A stretch of DNA of 52,569 nt, the filler included, from Trypethelium eluteriae (Eukaryota), in assembly GCA_051942245.1 (NCBI GenBank). It is 2 parts of 2 records of this genome, joined end to end, with 100 filler letters (N's around TTAATTAATTAA, not from the genome) between each part and the next. Parts side by side here need not be neighbours in the genome. Positions count along the whole stretch, not along the records: positions 26,358 to 52,569 come from JAVECL010000359.1; 1 more part is not named here. One strand, 5' to 3'. Positions 36,468-49,000 of the stretch are shown here, in pieces; the stretch's first letter is position 1; each line of letters starts with the position of its first letter. The notes below the pieces were generated by a model. It did no database searches. It was given only the letters and a program-made list of their open reading frames with translations, and was not told where the DNA came from. A program made the translations under genes and the position numbers.

Positions 36468-37750
36468 CTTCGCTACGGCACAAGATTTCAGAAAGCTAGC
36501 CCTCCTCAGTCAAGTCGCAACTCTCTGAAGATGACCAGGGAATTCGATGGGCCACCTTGGATAAGAATTTCAAGGGTCAGAGAGGTCCAAGCCATCCCAC
36601 TCCTCAGCGTCTGGAGTGAACGATGCGTAACGCAAGCAATTGGGTTTACTGTATCTGTCATTAGAGCTGTTCTCTTCCGAAGCTTCGTAGTCGAGATGGT
36701 TTACCTGGAAAGCTACCACCTACTACAGCTAGGCACGAATTCACTGCAACAGCTCCATTGATAGTAGTGCCTGTCGCCACCACTCCCGGATACCACGAGA
36801 ATTGATGCCGGATAATTCGCATGTAGCTGAAGCTGTCAACTTGTGTTCGCTCGCTCCCTTCTAGTTTCCAGAGCAAGTTGCCCCAACTCCAATGGTGCTT
36901 CTAGCTTCTCGAGGTCGGCATCTATGTCCTCATCTGAATCTTCTTCGAGAGATTTTAGCATGTCCATCCAAGCTTTCGAACGACATTTTCGTTTCAGCGA
37001 GCTCACTTAGTCGCGCTGAATCCAGAAGCGAATTTGCGAGCATATTGATGAGATGAACAATAGATTGCAGGAGGAGACAAAAGTCGAAGAAAACATCTCT
37101 GGTTCCTAAAAGCCTTGTCCCAGCCTGTCTTTGATATTCTTCAAGATTTCGTTGATGAGTTCAATGATTGCGCCTCTCGCCGCATAATCCGTCAAGAAGT
37201 CTTCTCCCTCTTCCGGGAGATTGCATCGGTCCCAACTCCGAAGGCTGATTCAGACCACGTCCATGGCTCCTTCCTCGGGGGAATTCAGATTGCTACATGA
37301 CTAGCCTCAGTACCAAGGGACTGGCAATTGGAAGCCGCACGCCATCATAGTTGGGTCAATGACATTCCCGGCATACCCCAGCTGAGTCTGCAGAGAAGTG
37401 GCGTGATTGACCTGCATAGAAGCATGAGCGGCCGAAGAGAACGATGATTGAGCTGCCGTCGTCAACATCGGGGCTGCAACTGCAGAGCTTGGTGCAGCAG
37501 TGCTTGCGTTCACGGCACAGCCGACCTGCTGGAGATAGTCGATGACGTCCTCCCCAACGAAGTAAGCTCGGATCTTCAGGGCGGTAAATTTCCTCAAAAG
37601 AGATACCGTAGCAGTGGTGAGGAATATACAAAGATTTGGAAGATCGAACAAAGAAATTCGCAGGTGTAGCTTGGCCATGTTCGTAGCTGGTAGTGGCAGT
37701 GATGAGCTGTGCACTATCCCATAGCATTGCATCACGTGGCATTCACATTT

Positions 37751-38188
37751 TCATCTGCCAACGTCACTGCTACCTTGGGCTCTAGAGTCCTCTTCACCTT
37801 CGATTTGCTGCTGGAGGACGATGCTGTAAACACTCGCTTTCAGCAATGTAAAGACCAAACTGGTCTTGCGCTCGAGACCACGGAGGCTGTCAAGGATTTC
37901 AGAGGACGGGTGAGCCGCAATGGTGGAAAGTGAAGCAGAGAGCTAGTGAGGTTGTCAGCCGGCGAGGTTAGAGTGAAGGTTGAGAGCTTTAAGTGAAGTG
38001 AGAATGAGTTGAAGGGTTGTTGAGGATCGAAAGAGAAAGTGATCCTAGCTTACGTTATTCAAATTACCGACAAGCCTCGCGTATTCGTCCAGAACCTCCT
38101 GCTCTAGTGGCGATAGACTCTCAGAGGACGCATTGTCGCTATATTGGTTGTGCGAAGAGGAAAGGTTGGAGCCAGGTGCGTTTTCCAT
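37751..38188 (-). CDS. DAD3: DASH/Dam1 kinetochore complex subunit Dad3 (108 aa); exons 38188-38054, 37942-37751
   Basis: Manual translation: MENAPG...LSPLEQEVLDEYARLVGNLNN|LSASLSTIAAHPSSEILDSLRGLERKTSLVFTLLKASVYSIVLQQQ...*, with a GTAAGC donor and CTAG acceptor. Not in the ORF track. Confidence 0.93.
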
Positions 38189-38826
38189 GGCGATTTGTAT
38201 CAAGTCAGAGACTCAGACAGCACTCTGTGGGTTGAGCGACAGCTACAATCAGGTAAGTCTAGTGGTCAAAGAATGGCACTGAATGTGAATGCAAAGTTGT
38301 GGATTTGCAGGGCAAGCGAGATGAAGTACTCTACGATAGAGTAGAGGTACCTTAGAGTATGCGGTCATCGAGCTGTTGACCGGGACGCGTCAAGCGGATG
38401 ACCCGCGCGTCGAATCAACACCATGAATGTGACATCGGAGGGGATGTTCAAGTGACCTTGACGAAGTACACTCTGAAGTTAATGACGATGCGAAATTTAG
38501 AGGATGGTGCAGCAGCATGAAGGACCGCGCAAACCATGCCATCAAAGCACTTTTTACCAAGTACTGGAGGTATGCATTTTGCCTTTTGACTAGGCAGCAA
38601 CGCCCAGCGCTTCTGTCCTTAGCCTTTCTTTCCTGATCTTTACGAATCGATGATGGTCCCTTAGCATAGCTTCCCGTCTCGCAATTTGTTCTAACACCGA
38701 ATTCTTCCCTGTCAGAAAATTTAGACAGTCAAACGTAAGAACCCCCTGTCCGCTTTTATGGGCACATCAATGATACGAAGACTTAATCTCCAGATCAAAG
38801 CCAAGAGCATCAGTCGTCCGTTCAAC

Positions 38827-39857
38827 ATGAGTCGAGGCATTCCTAAGCCTGACATCCTGGATCTGATCATTCCCTCCTCCACGAACACCATTATCCTATT
38901 CGGAAATTCCATCACCGAATGGTCTTTCGAACAAAGTAATAATGGCTTTGGATACCAGCTCGAACAATACTACATGGGTAAAGCTCAAGTCTGCAATAGA
39001 GGCGTAGCAGGGTCAGTTACAGCTTTTTTTTTCTCTTTTTCTTAACTTGCTTCGGAGCGCTAGAGCGGCCATGGCGTTAATGATTGCCAGCTATTAGCTA
39101 CACATCCTCTTGGCTCAAAGAGTACTTCAAAGACCTAATGCATGAGATCCGAGAAAAGACAGCCCGCCCTCCCCTCTTTTTCACTATCATGATTGGGGCT
39201 AATGATGCTTGCACCCCCGGAATGGCTCAACATGTCCCTTTACCTGAGTTTGAGAGAAACATCAAGGGATATGTTGACGAGATCCTCACAAATCCCGCTA
39301 CAGAGGGGACCAGGGTGGTTCTGATAACATGTCCACCAATTGGACGGCCAGCTCCCTCGCAAGATGCACTCAGGATCAGAGGATTCAGACCGGACGCAAT
39401 CGTGGATGAGGCTATGGTACAGGCTTTCAAGGAAAACATGGCGTTCCAGACGTATCTAAGGAAGAAGCAGTATGCGGAGAAGATCATGGGGATTGCCAAA
39501 GAGTACGAGAACGCCACCGATCGTGTTGCAGGCTTGAATTGCTGGAAGGATTTTGTGGATAAGGCTCTGGGTAAGGAGCTCAGCAAAGTAGGCACGATGA
39601 CCAAGGACGGCGAATACGAAGAGAATTATTTACCAGGTTCCGGATTGCCAGCAGCGGTGGAGTTCGAGCAAGGGACATTTACTGACGGTCTGCATTTAGG
39701 TCCTCAGGTATATTTATCCCTAAACACTCCAAAGTACCTGCAAATCTCGCTAACTGTCTCGAAGGGATATGGACTACTGTCAGAGAGATTGTTCGAGCTT
39801 TTGTTCTCTAAATGGCCGGAGCTACGGAGTCAAAATCTTGAAGGCGGGGATTCGTAG
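38827..39857 (+). CDS. SGNH/GDSL hydrolase, isoamyl-acetate esterase (Iah1)-like
   Basis: Block I ILFGNSIT, block II NRGVAG|YTS, block III IMIGANDA, block V FTDGLH. Introns at about 39012-39097 and 39708-39764. Confidence 0.88.
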
Positions 39858-40011
39858 GACCGGTGGAACCATAAGTCCTGCGCACTGTAGGTCGCTGTGT
39901 GATGATTGCCGGATCGTAGACGCCTTATAAGATCTAAGTTCAGAATGGTCTTGGTATTTCTAGCTCGATGGGTAAGGCAAAAGTTTAAGTCGGGATAGAA
40001 GTAGAATTCCC

Positions 40012-41137
40012 TTAGCCTCGATTCAATGTATTTCCGGAACCTTTCGGGTTGTCTTCCTTGAAATTATCCCAGGCTCTGGCCTTCATGGTCTCCTCATCCG
40101 CCTTGTCCATGTCATCCTCATCTGGCTCAGGACGAATTCCAGATTGAGGCCCACCACCTTCGATGATCCCACCCCGACGCTTCTCCTCTTCGAGATACTC
40201 GTCGATAGTCATCGTAGGCAAGTTGTGGTCAGGTCGAAATACACCTTCTCTTAGTCTTTGTCGGTTGTCTAGGATAGTAAATGGCCGAAGAGGCCTGCCA
40301 TTGCGGTCCAAAACAGGTCCGGTTTTACCAATAGCGGATAGTTGAGAGATGGGTTGGTCAAGACGCTCAGAGTAGCCGTTTGAGCCGTCACCATTCCTCT
40401 CCCGCGCATCGTTTGAGTGAGCCACGCTGTCCGGTACTGGTTCCAGTGGAGCAAACTTTAGCACCTGGAGCTCTTGCATAATTGATTCCAGTGACTGGAA
40501 TGTCTGATGGGTGGCAAACTCAATTTCCAGTAAGTAAAGCTGTCGGAGGGCCGCATCATCATTATGTAATGCTTCTGGGTTTCGCTGAAGATACTACACA
40601 ACTAATGAGCCGAGAGACATGAGAAAGTCGCATTGAATTACTTGCCTCCAATTTTCGCTTCAGCTCTTTTTCTTGCTTGAACCTGGCGATTTTGGTCTCC
40701 CTACGTCGTGCAGCATCCGTCGTAGAAGCAGTTGAGAATCTTTCAGGGCTTTCTTTCCAGTGACCAAATAGACGGGCATCGTCGCGTGACAGAATGTCGT
40801 ACTGATCTAACAGTTGCAGGAAGGCCTCGTACGCTGCAAGAGCTTCTCGCAATATCGTCGCCCGATCTCGTCGTTGACTTCTTAGAAGGAGTTCAGCGCG
40901 ACGATAGTTGATCAAGAAGTACTCGATATCTTTTGAGGAGACATCTTCCAATGTCTCATTTGGGCTAAAGAGAGATACTTGGTCCGCAACTTTTAGGCAA
41001 CGGTCATACACTGCTATCGCCGAAGAGAGGTTTTGCTGGAATGCGGCAGTGTTTGCGTTAATCACCGACTCAAGCTCTGCTCGCCTCTTTTCAGCATCGG
41101 TAGTCAGACCGCTCAGTGTTTGAGGTTCTTCATCCAT
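40012..41137 (-). CDS. TAP42: PP2A regulatory protein Tap42/alpha4, one intron near 40590-40645
   Basis: SLFSPNETLEDVSS, DAARRRETKIARFKQEKEL, GRPLRPFTIL, VFRPDHNLPTMTIDEYL, KARAWDNFKEDNPKGSGNTLNRG. Confidence 0.95.
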
Positions 41138-41927
41138 GCTGTTGAATTAGCACACGGACTTGATGCGGCAAAAAGGGCTAGGAGAGGATCGTGATGTTTA
41201 AGCCTGCCCTAGCGGTCTAGCCACGCGCGCCACAACAGCCACAGGCTATTGTTACGCGATTTCCCAATGGGGAATGGTGGGCTTGCTAGGCAAGGAAGAG
41301 GGATCGTGTTCGTTGAATTTCAGAATTTTACTGAGGTACCTTGGAGATTCTTACCCGCACGGTGGTTTTGACCGGAGCGAGCTTGGCGGCTCATACGTCT
41401 TTATTTCATTTTAATGTCTTGAGAGATCAGTTATGCGTGGTGTTCTTCATTGATTACCACGAATATGATCCAACGCCCGTTCCTGTGATGTTGATGTTCA
41501 AGTTATGAAGACATCGCGTTAAGAATCAACATTTGTGACCACCACGGGCACAATCAATGCATTCTACCTTATACATTCATCATTACATGAATGCGGCTAG
41601 ACGGAAAAATGTCGATCTTTTCGAGGTGCTGTTCTCACACATGGCCCTCCTTCCTTTCCCAGACGGGGCACCCCGCAGAAAAACGTCAAACCCCTGGCAG
41701 AGAATGTCTTGCTTGAACTCTATCTTGCACTGGAATTCCAAGATTCGTTGCCTACCTATAGTATTCTTAGGGCCGGGCTAACTCTCAACCGAAATTCCTC
41801 CAGTTGTGTCTTTCGACTTTAACCAGAAATGAGACGAAAACTAGATAAAGCTTCTTCAGCATCAAGTTAGGATGTGCTTGTCTCGCGTGAACGATACTTA
41901 TTCCTGGATCTGTACAGACTTGACAAT

Positions 41928-43674
41928 ATGATTTGCTTTTCGTTTTTAATCTCCTTGGCCATTCTCGTGGTTAATGGAGTTATGTCAATGCCCCATGCCT
42001 TCACTGCAAGGCAGGCGGTCAACGAGACAATAAGACTAAACGTCCCTAATTCGCCTACAACAGGGCGGCAAATCATCGATGCTGCTTTTCAGTCTTATTC
42101 AATTGAGTTCTCCTACATGGCTGACTATGCTGGCAACAACTCGTATGCGGACACCAAGCCTCAATAAGACCATTGAAAAAGGAGGTCCTTGCTCAACTTA
42201 CCCATACAGGTACCCCAACGAGTTTTCGAAGCGAATGATACAGAATCTCCAGGATATTTCCGGTGCATATCCCATCATCCGTGCGGGAGGAAGTACTCAG
42301 AATCGTGCCATTTGGGTCCAAAATCAAACTGAGGCAATTATCGAGACGATTGCTCCAGGCGCAGATCAACCTTCTGCATTGACGATCGGCCCTGCGTGGC
42401 TGCAGTCATTCCATCAATTTCCCAACGGCACTCAATATATCTACGGCCTGAGCTTCCAAGATGGTTCAGCTGGCCTAGACCAAGTCTTGCAGGAGGCTGT
42501 GCCAGCTTTCCAGTCTCTCGGAGACAGCCTCTATGCCTACGAGATTGGCAACGAAGTGGACGGTATGATGATTTAGTCCAGCATCCGGGATCCGACTGCT
42601 GATCGAAATAGGATTTCCTGGTGGTCGAAGATCAGCAAACTGGACAGTCCAAGACTATGCGACACAGTGGAAACAGTATGCTGCCACTGTTGATGAGAAG
42701 CTCCGGCCACTTTCTGATGGCCAGGAATTTGAACCTTTGTTCCAGGGAGGAGCATTTGAAGCTCCTAGACATCTGAACAATTTGTCTTACTTTACCGTGC
42801 AGACTGCTGAAGAATCCGGAATCGCAAGTACCGGCAAAGTAAAGACAATGGCCGACCATGACGTGAGTATTTCCACAATCGTGAGATAGCCTTGATGTTG
42901 ATATACGGGCAGTATATGGGTTCCAATTGTGCAGATAACACTGTCCCCGCAGAGCTGGGGGCTAATCTTCTAAACCATTTCCGCATGACATCGCTGATGT
43001 ACTACCACGACTTCCTCTCCAATTATAGCGTTGCACAGGGAATCCCATACGTAATCGGAGAAACGAACTCGATATCCTGCCAGGGCGAAGCCGGCATCTC
43101 CGATGTTTTCGGTGCTGCTCTCTGGAGCATAGACTATATCCTCTACGTTGCGACCCTGAAAGTCTCTCGCATGTATTTCCACCAGGGCACGCCATACCGG
43201 TATTCTGCATGGCAACCCATCAAGATTAACGATACAGATGCTCAACCGAAGGCGCTATACTATGGCAACTTGTTCACATCAACGGCACTTGCAGGTGGCA
43301 ATAAGCAAGTCGATATCTTGGTGAATGGGACTTCATTTACCGCTTACGCCATCTACGACGCCGCCAATGCGACAGATGGAAGCACGGTAGATGCCTCACA
43401 ATTGGATAGTATTGTGCTGGTCAATCTGAATATGTTTAATTCTACGCAGCCAGCGAGTGAGAGGCCGTATATTACGGTGACCTTGCCGGACGCTGCTTCG
43501 GACGCGGAGGTAAGGCGGCTTACGGCACCTGGGGTTGAGGTGAAGGACGGAATTAGCTGGGCTGGAAGAAATCTCACTCAGGATGGATTCATCGTAGGAC
43601 AGGAGATTGTTGAGAGAGTTGCAAATGGCCAGGTCTCTATCGGCGCTGGTGAAGCTTTATTGATCTCAGTATAA
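41928..43674 (+). CDS. Secreted GH79 beta-glucuronidase/heparanase-like glycoside hydrolase, multi-exon
   Basis: Signal peptide; SYSIEFSYMADYAGN, IIRAGGSTQ, acid/base YEIGNE, nucleophile VIGETNSISCQG, GISDVFGAALWSIDY, YFHQGTPYRYSAWQP. Confidence 0.92.
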
Positions 43675-43811
43675 CTTCTCAATGTCATCCGTTCGAGACT
43701 CTACGTTAATCTCTGACGCTTAAGCAATCGTGTTAACGCGATAGGCGCGGTAAGAGCCACCCTGTTAGCTCGCGAGAGAGGACAATCTCTCAATGACTAT
43801 GAGATAACCTA

Positions 43812-43992
43812 CCTTAGGGCGGCTGGGGGTTTCCTCAACGGGTAATTAATACAATGTTACATTAGTTTAACTGTTATGACCATGTCGACCCATGTTAAGG
43901 CGGTGTTAACATGGACCAACAAGGTCATAACAGTAGAGTCAAAATAACACTGTATTAATTACCTGTTGAGGAACCCCCCAGCCGCCGTAAGG
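43812..43992. mobile_element. Palindromic fold-back MITE-like element, copy 2
   Basis: TA|CCTTAGGGCGGCTGGGGG...CCCCCCAGCCGCCGTAAGG|TA. The arms are self-complementary along the whole 181 bp and homologous to 4154-4342. Confidence 0.82.
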
Positions 43993-44619
43993 TACATTAC
44001 TAAGCTCTTCTATTATGGGGTCAGTGTTGCCATCATTGATGCCGCAAACCTCATCATAAATCGAAACAGAAAAGCCCTGGGGATCCCAACGTCATAAGTC
44101 GATGATAAATAAAACTCTATTTTTATAACGTTTAAAGAATTTACGAATAGGGGTTGAGATTCGAGACATGCCGGAACCTGCTCCGTTTGCTATCTGTGCC
44201 GCCTGTCAACACAAGAATTGGAACCGAGGAAGAAAATTATAAATCAGAAGCATAATCTCCGACGTTAAGAAATCAACGTAGATTTGATATCAAGACAGCG
44301 CCGATGAGTCAGAAGCATATGCAAAACATTGGACCACAGCCAAGCAGTCCCTTCTCTAGACAAGGATATTAATGTCGAAACATTCACGAGAAAGGAGGTC
44401 CAGTAGCAAGCTTATGCAATTTCCACTGCTTTAACACGCTCGTCAATCCAGTCTTTTGCACAATGAATATAGTTACCTCTTTTCAATAGCCTCCACTGCT
44501 TCTTAACACACGCAAGGAGATTAGCCACTCAATTAAGTAGTCCATAACGATGGCAGAAAAGAAGAGAAGAAAAAAGAAAAATCCCTACATTGATGAACAT
44601 AATTACAATCATTATACAT

Positions 44620-44909
44620 CAAGATTGTGCGAGGCATGTTCCGGTGGCGAATGCGGACTCGAGTGCTTAGTCGCAGCCCATTCATCCCTTCAGTATCATT
44701 ACTGTACCAACCGACCGAAAATTGCCGACATTGTAGACCCTATAGCTGAGGTAAAAAAGGGTGAAAGCGCTGTAGGAGTTTGCGGGCCAAGAAGCCTCAG
44801 GACGGTTGTTCGAACAGCGTTTGTCAAACCCAGTGACGAAAGGGCAGTGCATAAAGGCATGGGAGCGCAGGATATCTACCTGCATATGGCAAACACCGAT
44901 TGCTCTTAG
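44620..44909 (+). pseudogene. Orphan C-terminal fragment of a ferric reductase/NADPH-oxidase-like (FRE) gene
   Basis: NRPKIADIVDPIAEVKKGESAVGVCGPRSLRTVVRTAFVKPSDERAVHKGMGAQDIYLH matches the FRE NAD-binding terminus pattern (GRP...vvVCGP...SDERAVHKGTGAQGIYLH). No intact upstream domains. Confidence 0.6.
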
Positions 44910-46039
44910 ATGATATGTCTCTTCTCTCTATACTGGCGCTCCTAAGTAACTGGGAGCTACATCAAGTAGCTGCCAGTATCCGCTTCAGAAGCCCGAGAGA
45001 GATTTTTTTCCTGCTGCTACCTCTCCCCTGTCTGAATTCCTTTTCACAACCACGAAGAGGTATTTGTTTCACGTGTCTGTGGCCAGAGACACATTGTTTA
45101 AGCGGTTTCGGATATTCCTCCCCGAATCATGCTGGTAAAACGGGGTGAAACCGAAGTCATTGGTATCTAGCGAGACATAACGGTGGCAGTCCTAAAACTT
45201 TTGTCAGCATTGATAAATTATCGGGCTACTCAACCGAGGTCAATTTACATAGAAGTCCTAGCTTGTGGTTCTGCTCGATTGACGCTGTACCCTCTGCGGA
45301 GTAGTATCTTTATCCATTTCGCGAATGTGAGAACGCAACGATCTTGATTGTAAGGACGCGCAATGGATGATCTGACCTATTCACCAGGTACGAAAGGGAT
45401 TCAAAGATGATTGAACCGTGAGGAGTAAAGGCTCTACTCCCGTGGCCTCGTTTGTACGTGCTGAGTGATGTTTTCGATGGTGTTGAGTGCAGCTTGTGCA
45501 CGGCCGCTGAGGGAGCCAATCACGCGAGATCCCTGCCTGCCCCATCACTCGTCAACTGTGACTACTCTACGATAAACAGCGTCCGCCACTGCAAACCGTG
45601 AGGGCCTTCTTTAACCTCTACCTCACCACCTATTCCGATCGACGGCGACGTGTCACATATGCAACTGCTTCACACACATTCTTTGTGACAGCAAGACATG
45701 CACACATGCCTCGACGAAAACATATATACCGCCGCAAGCCCTCTGGGCGGCGGCGGCGGAGGTTCAATAAGCAGGGCTACGCAGCCCACTATCTCAAACC
45801 TAGATTTGTTAAAGCTTTCATTCACCAATCTTGATACGCCTTTATCGGACAGTCCTTCATTCAGCTTTCCTGACTCGACAGTAAAATTGGATGACACACC
45901 TTCTACAGCTTCTGATTCTTCTTTCGCTAAAACATCTACAGCGTCATGGTTTCATGGTATTGATTTACTATCCGTAAATCGTGCCCTCTCTCGAAACAAC
46001 TCATGTGCAGCAGCTAAAGTGCTTGGGCCCGGAAAAATC

Positions 46040-49000
46040 ATGTCGGCTCAACTTTTAGATGTCCAAAAGCAAATCCCAAAACATGACTTGGACGATGATC
46101 ACGATATCTTCGACCAAGATTATGAGAACGATGATAGTGCCTCCGATGAGAAATATGAGGGGAGTAAATCTCCACTCACTGGAGCAGCTCTCAAGCGCAA
46201 GCAGCGGGCTAGATTCGACTCGTGGATTGAGGAGACAGCAGTCGAGATTGTTAAGGAGCAGATGAGGCAGATGTCCGAGGCTCGGCCGAACGAAATACTT
46301 ACTACCAAGGCTCTTGTAGCCGACCAAGCTTCGCAGCTAATCGTCAATAGTCCTCGAGAATATCAGTTGGAACTCTTTGAGCGAGCAAAAAAACAGAACA
46401 CAATTGCCGTACTTGACACTGGATCTGGCAAGACTCTCATTGCGGTATTGCTCCTGAAGCACGTCATTGAACAGGAACTGGAACGAAGGCTTGCCGGTCA
46501 GACACCGAAAATATCAGTTTTTCTAGTAGGGAGACTTTTCAAGTTTATGAACTTGACTAACTAAGTGCAGGTCAATTCTGTCACCCTCGTATTTCAACAA
46601 GCTGCAGTTCTCGAACGCAATTTAGACTACGAAATCGCGTACCTATATGGGTCGATGGGCGTCAGCACAAGGGACAAAGAATTGTGGAGAACTATACGCA
46701 ACGACAATATGGTTCTCGTTTGCACTGCCGAGATTTTGGTTCAATGTCTGGGACACTCCTTCATTACCATTGACCAGATCAATCTTTTGATCTTCGACGA
46801 AGCTCATCATACCAAAAAGGATCACCCCTACGCGAGGTGAAGAAATTTCCTCAATCGACGCAAGCGAATCTGCTAATCTAGTACCTGTAGGCTAATCAAA
46901 GATTTTTACGCCCCACAAAGAGACAAGGCTAAACGTCCTCGCATCTTTGCAATGACCGCTTCGCCCATCGATGCCAAAGGTGATCTTTTGAAAATTGCAT
47001 GGTAATTTCAACATCATCTCAGCTATGGTCAATTTCTCACTAAACGGAACCAGCGATCTAGAAGACTACCTCGATAGCCGAATAGCCACGGTTTCCGATC
47101 TGGCCATGGTCCAGAAATGCATCAGTCGTCCAAAGGAGGAGATTGCATGCTATGAGACGCTCCGACCACCCTTCGAAGCGCCGCTCCATCAAATTATCCA
47201 GTCGAGATTTGGTAACCTTGGAGTCCTCGAGAAACTTTTGAGGTCGTCCAAGATTATCGCCTCTGAACTCGGACCGTGGTGCTCAGATGCATGGTGGACT
47301 TCAGTATTGAAAGAAGAAAGACTTGAAAGGCTGGAGAGAAGGAACGAGCATCTTCAAGGTAGGCGGAGGGGTCACAGTCTTCCGTATCCTATCAGCCCGG
47401 AAAGCATCGCCGGCATCGATCAGAAAATCCGTCAATTGGAAGAGGCTGCTAGGGTTGCAGAGGCTTACTATTTGAGGGTACCGCAATATGAGCACAGCGA
47501 CGACCTCAGCACTAAAGTCAGACAAATGATTATATGGACTCGTCTTCACTACGAACATGCGACAAACGCTCGATGCATTGTGTTTGTGGAACGAAGAGAT
47601 ACTGCGAGGCTCTTGGAGAAGATTTTCAAATATCCTCATATAAGCGGACCCCATCTGCGAACTGCCTCGTTTATCGGGTCAAGATCATTGCCTTCCGAAG
47701 ATGAAAGAGCATCAACTCGGCAACAGGTTCTCACAATGGACAAATTCCGCAAAGGCGACATAAATCTGCTGTTCGCCACTTCAATCGCTGAAGAGGGTCT
47801 TGACATACCTGACTGCAATCTCGTCGTTCGATTCGACCTTTACAAGACAATGATTGCGTACATGCAGTCTCGAGGTCGCGCCCGGCACCGAAACTCGAAA
47901 TATCTTCATATGATTGAGAACAACAATAGAGAGCACGTAGAAATGGTCCGTTTTGTGCGAACCGCAGAAGGAAAAATGCGTCAATTCTGTCGTTCCTTAC
48001 CAGCGGATCGCATAATGGACGAGTCGGAAGAGGATTCAAAGCGTCGCTTAAACGATCTGTCCAGGCAGAAAATTTACGAGCATCCCGAAAGCAAGGCCAG
48101 ACTCTCGTACAAATCCAGCCTCGTGATCCTTGCTCATTTTGTATCTACACTTCCTCATGCGGCAGAGACCACGGCTGAACCAGTCTACATACCTTTTGGC
48201 TACTCTCAGCAGTATTGCTACGAAGTGGTGCTTCCAGGAAGCTCTCTCATTCCGTCTGTTATGGGAAATATTGAGAGAAGCAAGATCCTCGCTAAATGCT
48301 CTGCAGCATTCAATGCCTGTTTGAAACTACTAGAGGGTGGTCAGCTGGATTCCAACTTCTTGCCAACTCACCAAAAGCAGCTCCCAGCCATGCGGAATGC
48401 ACGTCTCGCCATCACCTCCAAGAAAGGCAACATGTACGAAATGATGATCAAGCCTAAAATATGGGAAGTAGACAGGGGTACATCGCCTGGGGAGCTCTTC
48501 CTCACAGTTCTGGATCTCCCACAAGGATGCGAGAGGCCCCATTGCCCCATTGGACTCCTGACGCGAACTCGCATGCCCGATTTCCCAGCATTTCCACTCT
48601 TTCTCCTAGCTGGACGCCAATCTTTGCTTCAAACCACGAATATCACAACTTCTCTGTCTATCACCTCAGAGCAGCTGACGCAAGTGGGTAAATACACGCA
48701 TACAGTCTACCTTGATGTTTTTGGGAAGCAATTCGAGGCAGGTCCTCAAGACATGTCTTATTGGTTTGCACCCCTGAAAATTGAACCTGAGACTATTCAC
48801 AGCGCTGTGGATCCCTCGAGCATCATCGACTGGGACGCTCTTCAATACGTCTCGTGTGATACTGAATTCGAGTGGGACGAGCACTGGACCGAAAATTCGC
48901 TGATTAACAGGTTCTTTTGGGATCCGTACGACGGCGGTAAGCGGTACTTCACGTCTGGAATCGACAATAGCTTGAGCATGAATAGCCCAGTTCCAGATGA

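Noticed and set aside
4154..43992. The two palindromes as ends of one 40-kb mobile element or Starship
   Set aside because: The interval is mostly housekeeping genes, contains an assembly gap, and has no transposase or DUF3435 tyrosine recombinase. Each copy has its own TA flanks.
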